The notes under the pieces: model-generated
Databases searched by the model: none
The model's input: only the letters and a program-made list of their open reading frames with translations
Told to the model about the DNA's origin: nothing
Made by a program: the position numbers and the translations under genes
Source of the DNA: a virus
Taxonomy: Duplodnaviria > Caudoviricetes
IMG/VR virus record: IMGVR_UViG_3300017913_002066
Location: 1 to 51,932 of that record
Length of the DNA stretch: 51,932 bases
Direction: 5' to 3' (one strand)
Shown: in pieces, positions 1-7,851 of the stretch
Layout of the letters: the number at the start of each line of letters is the position of its first letter
How positions within the stretch are numbered: position 1 is the stretch's first letter

Positions 1-2
1 AC

Positions 3-56
3 TATGACAAGAATCTACAAGCACCATTTGGAGTAACAGCACACTACGATGCTTAA
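3..56 (+). CDS. 3' end of an upstream gene (partial), possibly a VWA-like/metallopeptidase-associated phage protein
   Basis: Open frame YDKNLQAPFGVTAHYDA* from the window edge to TAA at 54-56, overlapping the next ATG at 49. The family guess rests only on the short PFG-containing tail. Confidence 0.35.
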   Translation, partial: YDKNLQAPFGVTAHYDA

Positions 57-327
57 GAATAAACCAAATGCATTAAACTTTTTCATTTTTTGCAAGATGG
101 AGGTACCTCCTCCACACTTTGAATACATGGTTATACCTCAGACGTATAACCTTGAAAAGACCCTTGACAAATGGATCAAAACACATTTGAAAGGTAGGTA
201 CTATCTAGGCACTACACTTGCTGTAGGCACAGTAAATGGCTTAGATACTAGACTAAAGGTTGGATTTGAAGATGCTAAAGAGTTAAGTTATTTCACTTTA
301 GCGTGTCCACTTTTAAAGTACAATTAA
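49..327 (+). CDS. hypothetical phage protein (92 aa)
   Basis: ORF track; start overlaps the upstream stop; its TAA is part of a TAAATA motif. Confidence 0.7.
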   Translation: MLKNKPNALNFFIFCKMEVPPPHFEYMVIPQTYNLEKTLDKWIKTHLKGRYYLGTTLAVGTVNGLDTRLKVGFEDAKELSYFTLACPLLKYN

Positions 328-330
328 ATA
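325..330 (+). promoter_or_regulatory. putative late promoter core (TAAATA, T4 TATAAATA-like)
   Basis: TAAATA at 325-330, upstream of SD AAGGAG (352-357) and ATG 366. Confidence 0.55.
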
Positions 331-365
331 AAGTGCGCATATATATTACATAAGGAGAATTAAAT

Positions 366-638
366 ATGGCAAAGCAAGCTGAAACTGAAGTACAGGAAGC
401 ACAAGTAACAGAAGCACCGGCACAACCACAGGCGCCTGCACAGCAGGATCAGGGTGCGGACCTTACTGTTAATGACCTTAGCAACATCAAGCAAATCATT
501 GATGTAGCAAGTTCGCGTGGTGCATTCCGTCCAAATGAAATGATGACTATTGGACAAGTGTATAACAAATTAGAAGTATTTTTAGGTACAGTTGCCGCTG
601 CACAACAGCAGGCACAAGGAGAACAAAATGGCTCTTAA
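366..638 (+). CDS. hypothetical phage protein (Q/A-rich N-terminus, IIDVASSRGAF motif)
   Basis: Strong SD AAGGAG; 90-aa ORF. Confidence 0.8.
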   Translation: MAKQAETEVQEAQVTEAPAQPQAPAQQDQGADLTVNDLSNIKQIIDVASSRGAFRPNEMMTIGQVYNKLEVFLGTVAAAQQQAQGEQNGS

Positions 639-1260
639 GCATATTGGTCGAGTTATTAAGACCAAAAAGAAATGTGCTGTAGTGTATCGTGTGGTGCCAG
701 GTGCATCTGACAAGTGTGTAATTGTAGGCACAGAAACACTAGCGGCAGAAGAACATGATTCACTAATGCGATTAATTGAATCACAAGGTGGTCAAGAAGC
801 ATACGAATTAGGCGAGGCAATGGGCAGAGCATTATTACCAGATGGTAGAGTAATGCTAAGTGTGTTCCATACACAAGGTAAGATGATTAGTGTTGATCAA
901 TCAGAGATTGAAATGACTCCTAACACATCAACTGCGATTAATCTTGCAGAACTAAACCGTAATATTGCAGAACAGCGTGGCGTAACTGTTGCAGATCTAG
1001 CACTAAAAGGACCTGATGGTAATACAGTTCCAGAAGCGACTCCTGAGCAAGTAGATGCTACAGCAATGTACAATAATGAAGCACCTGTTCCTACACAAGC
1101 TACAGAAGATGGTGTCTTATCAGATGAGCAGTTAGCAGCATCATACCGCAGTCAAGCGGATAGGCTTTTCAAAGAAGCAAAAGCCCTACGTGAGCAAGCA
1201 GAAGAGCTTGTTCCGACTAAGCGTAAGAAAGCAACTGCCGATGCCACCGAAGAAGGATAA
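628..1260 (+). CDS. hypothetical phage protein with C-terminal coiled coil (210 aa)
   Basis: Start moved from 592 to ATG 628, which follows SD AAGGAG. The C-terminal YRSQADRLFKEAKALREQAEEL segment is helical. Confidence 0.8.
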   Translation: MALKHIGRVIKTKKKCAVVYRVVPGASDKCVIVGTETLAAEEHDSLMRLIESQGGQEAYELGEAMGRALLPDGRVMLSVFHTQGKMISVDQSEIEMTPNTSTAINLAELNRNIAEQRGVTVADLALKGPDGNTVPEATPEQVDATAMYNNEAPVPTQATEDGVLSDEQLAASYRSQADRLFKEAKALREQAEELVPTKRKKATADATEEG

Positions 1261-1561
1261 ACTTTCTAAAGGTGTTCAACATACGTGGCCAGAAGTATTC
1301 GGGGATATCGACGTAGAAGTCATACCCCTAGAATATCTTACTAGTGTGCGTGTCAGTTTCAAAGATGGAAAAATTTGGGAGATTGACATGGATTCTAGTA
1401 GAGAGAAGCTAGGCGATGATGGAGTTCTTGAAGATGTACTACAAGAACTATTCGACGAATACGAAAATTCAATAGAAAACATTGACTTTCGATTAGACAC
1501 AGACCGCTTAAAACGCGATATACAAAAGCGTACTAGGGTGTTTATGAAGAAAGGTAAATGA
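1241..1561 (+). CDS. hypothetical phage protein (acidic, ~106 aa)
   Basis: First in-frame ATG at 1241 (MPPKKDK), overlapping the previous gene end; start position uncertain. Confidence 0.7.
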   Translation: MPPKKDKLSKGVQHTWPEVFGDIDVEVIPLEYLTSVRVSFKDGKIWEIDMDSSREKLGDDGVLEDVLQELFDEYENSIENIDFRLDTDRLKRDIQKRTRVFMKKGK

Positions 1562-1573
1562 ACTCTAAAGGCA

Positions 1574-1579
1574 TAAATA
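1574..1579 (+). promoter_or_regulatory. putative late promoter core (ATAAATA)
   Basis: Intergenic GCATAAATAT, upstream of SD AGGAG and the tail fibre ATG at 1611. Confidence 0.65.
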
Positions 1580-1610
1580 TACATAGCAGAACGAATCCAG
1601 GAGTATATAA

Positions 1611-2771
1611 ATGGCTTTACAGATAAGACGTGGTACCGACGCAGATAGACAAGGCATTACACCTAAAGCAGGTGAACCGATCTTTACAACAGATACTAAG
1701 AAACTCTATGTAGGGGACGGCACAACAGCAGGCGGTGTTGCAGTTGATACAACAGCCGGACTTAATGATCTAATCGAAGATACAACACCTCAGTTAGGTG
1801 GAAACTTAGACCTCAATAATAAAAATATAACTGGTACTGGTAATATTAACATTACTGGCGAAGTTTCTGCAACATCAATTGATTTAAGAGGTTCTATATT
1901 TGCTGATGATTCGACTCTGCTTGTTGATGGTGTTAGTGGCAAAATTGTTGGTCCTGTAGAAGCAAATGTCACAGGTGATGTGACTGGTAACGTAACAGGT
2001 AACTTAACTGGTAATGCAACTGGTAACCATAGCGGTACATTTAGCGGAGTAATGAACGGTTCTGTATTTGGTGAAGATTCAACTGTTCTAGTAGATGGTA
2101 TTAACAATATTATTACAGCACCAGTTTCAACTACTGGTAGAGGTTTGTTTGGCGATATTGCAATTAACTCAACTGGTGCATCAATCTCTCATACTAATGA
2201 AGCCGCTAATAACATGGTTATTACAATGGCTAACGAGCTTGGTACAATTATCCTTAACAGAAAAACACAGTTAGGTAGTACTCAGAATGACATAGATGGT
2301 GAGCTTGTTATCCGTTCTAACACTGCTGAACATAATAACATATCTGCTTTAGGTTCATACGATGGCGCAGATCAACATTTGATTACTATTGGTAGATCAC
2401 GTGGAACAAAAGCATCACCGACAACAGTACAAAATGGCGATGGACTAGGTACTTTCCTTATTACAGGATATAATGGTGTTGGCTATAGAGTAGCTGGCGG
2501 TATTAGAGCTGTAGCAAACGATACGCCTGCTTCATTGTATATTCCGTCAGATGTTGAAATTTTTGTTGCTAATACAAGTGGCGGTGGCGACTCTGCACTA
2601 ACTGTTAAATATGGCACTAAAACTACTGAATTCAAGGGTGCGGCAAAATTACAAAGTTATGCTTCATCTGAAAGAGACGGTATTAGTGCAGAAAACGGTA
2701 TGATGATTTACAACAGTGACACCGATAAAGTTCAAGCATATGCTGGTGGCGCTTGGGTAGATCTGCACTAA
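1611..2771 (+). CDS. tail fibre / virion appendage protein with Mtd_N-like N-terminal domain
   Basis: The N-terminus MALQIRRGT...GEPIFTTDTKKLYVGDG matches the major-tropism-determinant N-terminal motif. It also has DTTPQLGGNLDLN, (V/L)TG(N/D) repeats, G/T/N-rich composition and a C-terminal GMMIYNSDTDK...W fibre motif. Confidence 0.8.
   Translation: MALQIRRGTDADRQGITPKAGEPIFTTDTKKLYVGDGTTAGGVAVDTTAGLNDLIEDTTPQLGGNLDLNNKNITGTGNINITGEVSATSIDLRGSIFADDSTLLVDGVSGKIVGPVEANVTGDVTGNVTGNLTGNATGNHSGTFSGVMNGSVFGEDSTVLVDGINNIITAPVSTTGRGLFGDIAINSTGASISHTNEAANNMVITMANELGTIILNRKTQLGSTQNDIDGELVIRSNTAEHNNISALGSYDGADQHLITIGRSRGTKASPTTVQNGDGLGTFLITGYNGVGYRVAGGIRAVANDTPASLYIPSDVEIFVANTSGGGDSALTVKYGTKTTEFKGAAKLQSYASSERDGISAENGMMIYNSDTDKVQAYAGGAWVDLH
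1881..2125 (+). repeat. internal peptide repeats in the tail fibre
   Basis: GSIFADDSTLLVDGVSGKIVGPV and GSVFGEDSTVLVDGINNIITAPV flank a VTGDVTGNVTGNLTGNATG tetrapeptide array. Confidence 0.7.
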
Positions 2772-2774
2772 TGT

Positions 2775-3374
2775 ATGCCATTAATAGATCTCAATACTAG
2801 GCAAATATTTTTTATACACATACCTAAAACTAGTGGATCTTCTTTATACTACAATCTAAAAAAACTAGAAAAAGACTGCGTGTCTGTCCGAGGACACGTA
2901 GATGGCATTCCTCTTACTCATTTACATGTAGAAATGGCGGAAAAGCACTGGCCGGACTACTACTCATATCAAAAATTTACAATAGTAAGAGAACCTAAAC
3001 AACGCCTACTATCAGGTTACTTGTATCATAAAAAACATACAGAAACCCTAGAAGATTTCGATCAATGGTTTAGTAAGTTGTGTGTAATGCTAGATAATAA
3101 TAGAAGTTGGATGCGTAATCATTTTAGACCACAGGTAGATTTCATACCTAAAGATACAAAAATATTTGATATAGAAGAACAAGACACTATCTATACATGG
3201 CTTAGCGATTACTTAAATATAGAAATTCCTCACGGTATAGTAAGGAATAAACAGCCCACCGACATAGACAACACAAGCATAGATATATTCGATTACATGA
3301 GCGATAACAATATAGATAAATTTAATTCTTTGTATTCTAAAGATATAGATATGCATAAGGACTTGACAACATAG
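2775..3374 (+). CDS. sulfotransferase (Sulfotransfer_2 / carbohydrate sulfotransferase-like)
   Basis: 5'-PSB motif FFIHIPKTSGSS, 3'-PB motif FTIVREPKQRLLSGYLY, and HFRPQ. Confidence 0.85.
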   Translation: MPLIDLNTRQIFFIHIPKTSGSSLYYNLKKLEKDCVSVRGHVDGIPLTHLHVEMAEKHWPDYYSYQKFTIVREPKQRLLSGYLYHKKHTETLEDFDQWFSKLCVMLDNNRSWMRNHFRPQVDFIPKDTKIFDIEEQDTIYTWLSDYLNIEIPHGIVRNKQPTDIDNTSIDIFDYMSDNNIDKFNSLYSKDIDMHKDLTT

Positions 3375-3391
3375 GCATTTTGTTGTATAGT
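3363..3391 (+). promoter_or_regulatory. sigma70-type (early) promoter
   Basis: TTGACA (3363-3368), 17 nt spacer, TATAGT (3386-3391). The panD ATG (3398) follows 6 nt later, at the expected +1. Confidence 0.8.
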
Positions 3392-3397
3392 AGTACT

Positions 3398-3754
3398 ATG
3401 AAAGAATATATACAAGCTAAACTTCACGACATTACAGTAACAGCAAAAAGCATAGACTATCATGGCAGTGTAACTATCTGTTCAAACTTACTGAGAGAAT
3501 CAGGTATTGAACCCTACCAAAAAGTTGATGTTGTAAATCTTAATACAGGTGATAGATGGACAACCTATGCTGTGCCAGGACCTGCAAAATCATTTGAATT
3601 AAACGGTGGTGGTGCAAGACTAGGTGAAATTGGAGATAAGTGTGTTGTTATAGCATACGAAATGAAAGACCAATTTACTGGTGCAAAAGTAGTTTTCGTC
3701 AATAAGTACAATACAAAACTAGAAAGTATTAAATATGCACCAAATACTATATGA
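3398..3754 (+). CDS. panD: L-aspartate 1-decarboxylase (pyruvoyl-dependent, makes beta-alanine)
   Basis: AKLH (Lys9/His11 equivalents), YHG|S autocleavage site (Gly24-Ser25), GDRWTTY (Arg54/Thr57/Tyr58), LNGGGARL and GDxxxVIAY are all collinear with PanD. Start reassigned to ATG 3398. Confidence 0.92.
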   Translation: MKEYIQAKLHDITVTAKSIDYHGSVTICSNLLRESGIEPYQKVDVVNLNTGDRWTTYAVPGPAKSFELNGGGARLGEIGDKCVVIAYEMKDQFTGAKVVFVNKYNTKLESIKYAPNTI

Positions 3755-4301
3755 ACTAAATGACTTAGATACATCTTCATTTGAGGATATTTCAAAATTT
3801 GAATTTGGAAGTTACGGTTTGCCTAAGATGAAGATCTACAATAAGGCAGTATATACAAGTCAATATCCCGATCTGTTGCTTATATACAAAAAATTTAAAA
3901 ATGCAAGACAGCTATTTGATTGGGCAGAAGTTATGTATGTTCCGCCGCATAATTGTGTAATGCCACATATAGATGCAGACAGATATTGTGCTATTAACAT
4001 ACCTGTATCAGGAGATTTTGAAAATTCATATCTTGCTTTTTTTAACAAAGGGCAACAGGAATTTCCAAACATTTATGAAGAAAATGGTAAAATGATACAA
4101 AAGAGTGGTGGTGGTTATCCTGATGCTACTATTGACTACAAAGTGTCATATACTTACCCTACACTTATAAATGTATCAAAAATACACAATGTAATAAACG
4201 AAACAGAACAAAATAGGATTGTTTTAAGTTTAACGTTTAAGCAAGAACACAGATATGAAGATATCTTAGATCTATATAATAACGGAGAGTTACTTTGGTA
4301 A
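3735..4301 (+). CDS. Fe(II)/2OG-type oxygenase (DSBH, Asp/Asn beta-hydroxylase-like)
   Basis: PHID...AINIPV...INVSKIHNV...NRIVLSL gives the HxD...H...R pattern. Confidence 0.7.
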   Translation: MHQILYELNDLDTSSFEDISKFEFGSYGLPKMKIYNKAVYTSQYPDLLLIYKKFKNARQLFDWAEVMYVPPHNCVMPHIDADRYCAINIPVSGDFENSYLAFFNKGQQEFPNIYEENGKMIQKSGGGYPDATIDYKVSYTYPTLINVSKIHNVINETEQNRIVLSLTFKQEHRYEDILDLYNNGELLW

Positions 4302-4897
4302 CAGTGCGTAAATTAGAAGATAAAGATAAAGAAGAATTTATCAATTTTATTAACGCAGAAGAACAAAAAAATAGTGAGCGCAGGAAACCTAGACCTTGGC
4401 TAATAGATAATATTAATTTCAACGCAAGTTATAGACAATGCTTTGGTGCATTTGATAATGGAGAACTTGTAGCTACTTGTGCAATTAATCATTGGCCAGT
4501 TTGGCCTTGGAGTACGCTAGACACTTTAGTTGTAAAATATGGCTTGCCAACAGATGTAGCTAGACAGTGCTTTAATAGACTTACAGTAACAATTAAAGAT
4601 TTTAATGAAGAACATAACATTTTTGCAATATGGGCTGTGCGAGATTTACGACAAGCTAAGGCACTTATGCGTTCAAAAGATGCATTTTACAAAGATGGAA
4701 TGTTAAGCGAAGGTTATATGTACCTAGAACTAGGTATTATTCCTGCAAACAAAAAATCAAGCTATTTTGCATTTAATAAAATGTTAGAAGATAGAGTGTA
4801 TCCTGTTGATATGCATATAGGTGTATATATAAAAGATCCAGAATACTATCCTAAAGACTGGTATAATAAAATAACATATGCACAAGATACTGATTAA
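4295..4897 (+). CDS. GNAT-fold acyltransferase-like protein
   Basis: VRKLEDKDKEEF N-terminus and CFGAFDNGELVATC beta-hairpin are typical of GNATs, but the acetyl-CoA motif A is not canonical. TTG start with upstream GGAG. Confidence 0.5.
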   Translation: MVTVRKLEDKDKEEFINFINAEEQKNSERRKPRPWLIDNINFNASYRQCFGAFDNGELVATCAINHWPVWPWSTLDTLVVKYGLPTDVARQCFNRLTVTIKDFNEEHNIFAIWAVRDLRQAKALMRSKDAFYKDGMLSEGYMYLELGIIPANKKSSYFAFNKMLEDRVYPVDMHIGVYIKDPEYYPKDWYNKITYAQDTD

Positions 4898-5996
4898 TCA
4901 TCAAAGCTACAATAGCCAGCATCTGTTTGACGAACTCAAAGACTATAGTTTGTTTAGTATTAGTAGCGATCAAAATATCTTACAACCTAGGACAGACTAT
5001 TCAAATAATTTTGTTACGCATAAGATTATAAAAGGCATTCCTCATAGACTAGATTATGGCACAGAAATAAAAAAGTACTACAGTGAAAATAACATTGACA
5101 TATTCTTTCCTTTGTACAATGATATGCTTTTGCCTTATATTTGGGAAATATGCAATTTATCGCGAGTGCAAACAGATATTCTTTATAGCAAGTACAATTA
5201 TATTGCACATTTTAGAGAAGCAGGCATTCCTGTTCCTAGTACAACACGATACTGGCCATCAATAAAATACCCTTGTATAGCAAAACCAGACAACGGTACA
5301 GGTGGCTTAGGGGTAAAATATATCAAAGATTACGATGATCTAAAAAACTTTATTACAGACGATATACAACATATAGATCTAGGACAAGGCTACACCTTTC
5401 AAGAATACATAGAAGGCACATTGGTAAGTGTAGCAGGGCGGGTTGTGAATGGAGAAACTATAGTAGATTGCATTTATGACATAGAGTCTAGTGAATTGCC
5501 TTACAGAGCAGAGATAGGTTTTACATACCCTAGTCGTGTAGATATACAAGATAAAATTAAAGATTATTGCAAACAAGCAGTTGATAGCTTAGAACTAAAA
5601 AACAATATTTGGATGGCTGATTTTATTGTATCAGATGATGCATACATTATAGACTTTAGCCCACGTTTAAGCGTAAGCGTATCTAAGATTGTAAATAGTT
5701 TAAGTGATGTACCATATAGCCATTTTGTAGTAGATGCATTGCAAGGTATCTACAAACCATTAGAATTACAGAATGACAGTATTGTGTATAGACACTTTCC
5801 GATCAACAAAGGTTTATACAATCACAAACAACCTTTGCTTCCTGATAGTTGCTTAGAATTTGTTGCACCAGAAGAAAAAGTGTATATGGACAGATTTGAT
5901 CTACAAGTAGGAATAAAAGGATATGCTGTGTGCAAAGGCAAAAGTATTGAACAATGCAATACAGATTGGAATAGTATAAAGGAACAATTAGTATGA
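4878..5996 (+). CDS. ATP-grasp ligase (amino-acid/peptide ligase-like)
   Basis: YPCIAKPDNGTGGLGV, FQEYIEG, ADF...IIDFSPRLS (a variant of ExNxR). Confidence 0.85.
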   Translation: MHKILINHQSYNSQHLFDELKDYSLFSISSDQNILQPRTDYSNNFVTHKIIKGIPHRLDYGTEIKKYYSENNIDIFFPLYNDMLLPYIWEICNLSRVQTDILYSKYNYIAHFREAGIPVPSTTRYWPSIKYPCIAKPDNGTGGLGVKYIKDYDDLKNFITDDIQHIDLGQGYTFQEYIEGTLVSVAGRVVNGETIVDCIYDIESSELPYRAEIGFTYPSRVDIQDKIKDYCKQAVDSLELKNNIWMADFIVSDDAYIIDFSPRLSVSVSKIVNSLSDVPYSHFVVDALQGIYKPLELQNDSIVYRHFPINKGLYNHKQPLLPDSCLEFVAPEEKVYMDRFDLQVGIKGYAVCKGKSIEQCNTDWNSIKEQLV

Positions 5997-6745
5997 AAAA
6001 GTTTGTAGTTACAGGAACTCCAAGGAGTGGCACAACCTTTTTTTGTAGGACATTAGAAAAAGAATCAAACATACTTTTACCTAGATTTCATAACTATGAA
6101 CCTTTTATTCCGCAAAATAGGATTGTTTCAAGCAATAGGATAGGTATTAGTGCTTTTGACGAAGCTGAAAGTATCAAAAGAATTGTAAAATTTGGCATAG
6201 ATAATAATTTTGATGCTGTTGGATTCAAAACATTTTTTAGTTTTCATTATAATTTTGAAAAGATGTTAGAACAAAATGAACTAGACCATTTCTTAATTTT
6301 GCGTAGAAATGTATGGAAAATTTTTGCCAGCTATTGGATGGCATTTTCAAAAAGTGAATTTGGTAAAAGTAGTTTGATACATGAAGCTATACAAATAGAC
6401 ACCGAATCAGTGATGTCTAAGATAATAAAACAAACAATAGATGCAGTCCTAAAAACATACATGTATCGCAGTCAAATTGAACAGCATCCTAATCATATTG
6501 TTACATTATATTTCGAGGACTTCACTGCCAAAAGCGGCCACATAGGCGATAGCGAACTTACAGAATACTTTGGTAAGCGTATTATATTCCAATCAGGGTA
6601 TGATGATCCTCAACACAAACCTAGTGATTACATAAAAAATATACAAGAAATCAAAGAAAAATTTGTAGATCCTTTATTAAATAGTAAGGCTGTAGCAGGC
6701 TTACCACAAGATGTTTTAGAAAGTCTCCACAATGATTGCATATAG
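5993..6745 (+). CDS. sulfotransferase (Stf0 / Sulfotransfer_3-like)
   Basis: FVVTGTPRSGTTFF PAPS loop, EPF, GFK, LRRNVWKIFASYW (R...S 3'-PB) and LYFEDF. Confidence 0.8.
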   Translation: MKKFVVTGTPRSGTTFFCRTLEKESNILLPRFHNYEPFIPQNRIVSSNRIGISAFDEAESIKRIVKFGIDNNFDAVGFKTFFSFHYNFEKMLEQNELDHFLILRRNVWKIFASYWMAFSKSEFGKSSLIHEAIQIDTESVMSKIIKQTIDAVLKTYMYRSQIEQHPNHIVTLYFEDFTAKSGHIGDSELTEYFGKRIIFQSGYDDPQHKPSDYIKNIQEIKEKFVDPLLNSKAVAGLPQDVLESLHNDCI

Positions 6746-7100
6746 ATTAACAATAATAGATAATAAGCAGAACGAAACTATTGATGATTTTTACTATGCT
6801 GGAATGACACTTCCAGAAGGTAAGACAGGAACAGGACTACGCCAACTCAGTAGAGAATTTATTGCACAACGTAAAATGTTAGATAGATTGTTTATGCTTA
6901 GTGAATCAGGCAGAGTGTTAGAAGTTACCAGCATATTCAAAGATAGACAAAGTTATAGCGAATTTGTAGAACATGATATACACAGATACAGTTTAGAGTT
7001 TTTTGAATCTAAAAATTGGCAAGTGATAAGAAGTGTATTCAATCTTAATGATTACAAAAATTTAAAGGTTGAAATGTTTAGAGACGGTGCATTTAGATAG
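6732..7100 (+). CDS. small hypothetical protein, possible ferredoxin-like/ABM-Dabb alpha+beta fold
   Basis: 122-aa ORF coupled to the previous gene. LSESGRVLEVTSIFKDRQSYSEFVEHDIH resembles the strand-helix of ABM-like proteins (weak). Confidence 0.55.
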   Translation: MIAYRLTIIDNKQNETIDDFYYAGMTLPEGKTGTGLRQLSREFIAQRKMLDRLFMLSESGRVLEVTSIFKDRQSYSEFVEHDIHRYSLEFFESKNWQVIRSVFNLNDYKNLKVEMFRDGAFR

Positions 7101-7812
7101 GTACAAAGTCTCTATTAACTATAAACTCAGGCCTTGATGGCTTTGTTACTTTATTATCTAAACTATTATAGCATACAAAAAATATACATCTATCTTTGTC
7201 GCTAGTATTTGCACTGCTTTTGTGCCATAAATTACTGTGCATACAGAACACATCACCTGCTTTGCCAAGCACTGTATGACGCTTATATTGCGTTTTAGAC
7301 ACCATCTCTTGTGTAATCATACCGTTAGTTTCTTTGTTATCGTGCTTTATTTGATAGGTTTTGCTAGGTTGTTTTGTTATGTATTCTACGTGACTTCCAC
7401 TTAATACTTCTAAAGGTCCGTTATCTATTTCCATGTCATCAACAAGAAAAAGACAACTTATAGCATCAGGCTTGAGCATTCCGTCATCTGCACACCAAAA
7501 AGTGTAATCACTGTGCCAAGCGTATTCACCGCCTACTTTTGCTTTCTTGTAGTTGAAATGGTTTTGGTGCATATAGACATTGTTGCCTAATATGCTTTTT
7601 ACAGTGTCAAGCACTTTAGGATTTTCTATGTATTCGGACAGTGTGTCGTCAAGCCAAAACGGACTAAACACGCTACGCACATCACCTGTTTGCTCATATA
7701 GGAAATAATCTTTGTTTTTGTGTTGTAATATTTGCTGAGATTTTTCTTTAAGTGCAACTGGATCAAAAACATTGTGCAGGTGTATCCACCCTTGACTTTC
7801 GTAATTTTGCAT
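7093..7812 (-). CDS. PhyH-family Fe(II)/2OG dioxygenase, ectoine/proline hydroxylase-like
   Basis: YMHQNHFNYK...YAWHSDYTFWCADDGML resembles the EctD signature FxWHSDFETWHxEDG(M/L)P. Also NGPLEVLSGSH, GKAGDV...HSNLWHKSSAN...R. Start reassigned to ATG 7812 (MQNYESQG). Confidence 0.88.
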   Translation of the reverse strand: MQNYESQGWIHLHNVFDPVALKEKSQQILQHKNKDYFLYEQTGDVRSVFSPFWLDDTLSEYIENPKVLDTVKSILGNNVYMHQNHFNYKKAKVGGEYAWHSDYTFWCADDGMLKPDAISCLFLVDDMEIDNGPLEVLSGSHVEYITKQPSKTYQIKHDNKETNGMITQEMVSKTQYKRHTVLGKAGDVFCMHSNLWHKSSANTSDKDRCIFFVCYNSLDNKVTKPSRPEFIVNRDFVPI

Positions 7813-7817
7813 GAAAA

Positions 7818-7825
7818 TATTTATA
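7818..7825 (-). promoter_or_regulatory. putative late promoter TATAAATA, leaderless
   Basis: Minus strand reads TATAAATA-TTTTC-ATG (ATG at 7812); exact T4 late consensus. Confidence 0.75.
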
Positions 7826-7829
7826 AGGA

Positions 7830-7835
7830 TAAATA
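7830..7835 (+). promoter_or_regulatory. putative late promoter core (GATAAATA)
   Basis: TAAATA-ATTGT-GGAGG(SD)-CCCAAT-ATG (7852); back-to-back with the minus-strand promoter. Confidence 0.7.
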
Positions 7836-7851
7836 ATTGTGGAGGCCCAAT

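Noticed and set aside
1611-2771. Diversity-generating retroelement suggested by the Mtd_N domain
   Set aside because: No reverse transcriptase, no TR/VR repeat pair and no C-type-lectin-like tip are seen in the window. Mtd_N is a generic fibre anchor.
3398-3754. Pantothenate/CoA operon or cellular contamination
   Set aside because: No panB, panC or coa genes are adjacent. The gene is tightly integrated with phage-style neighbours.
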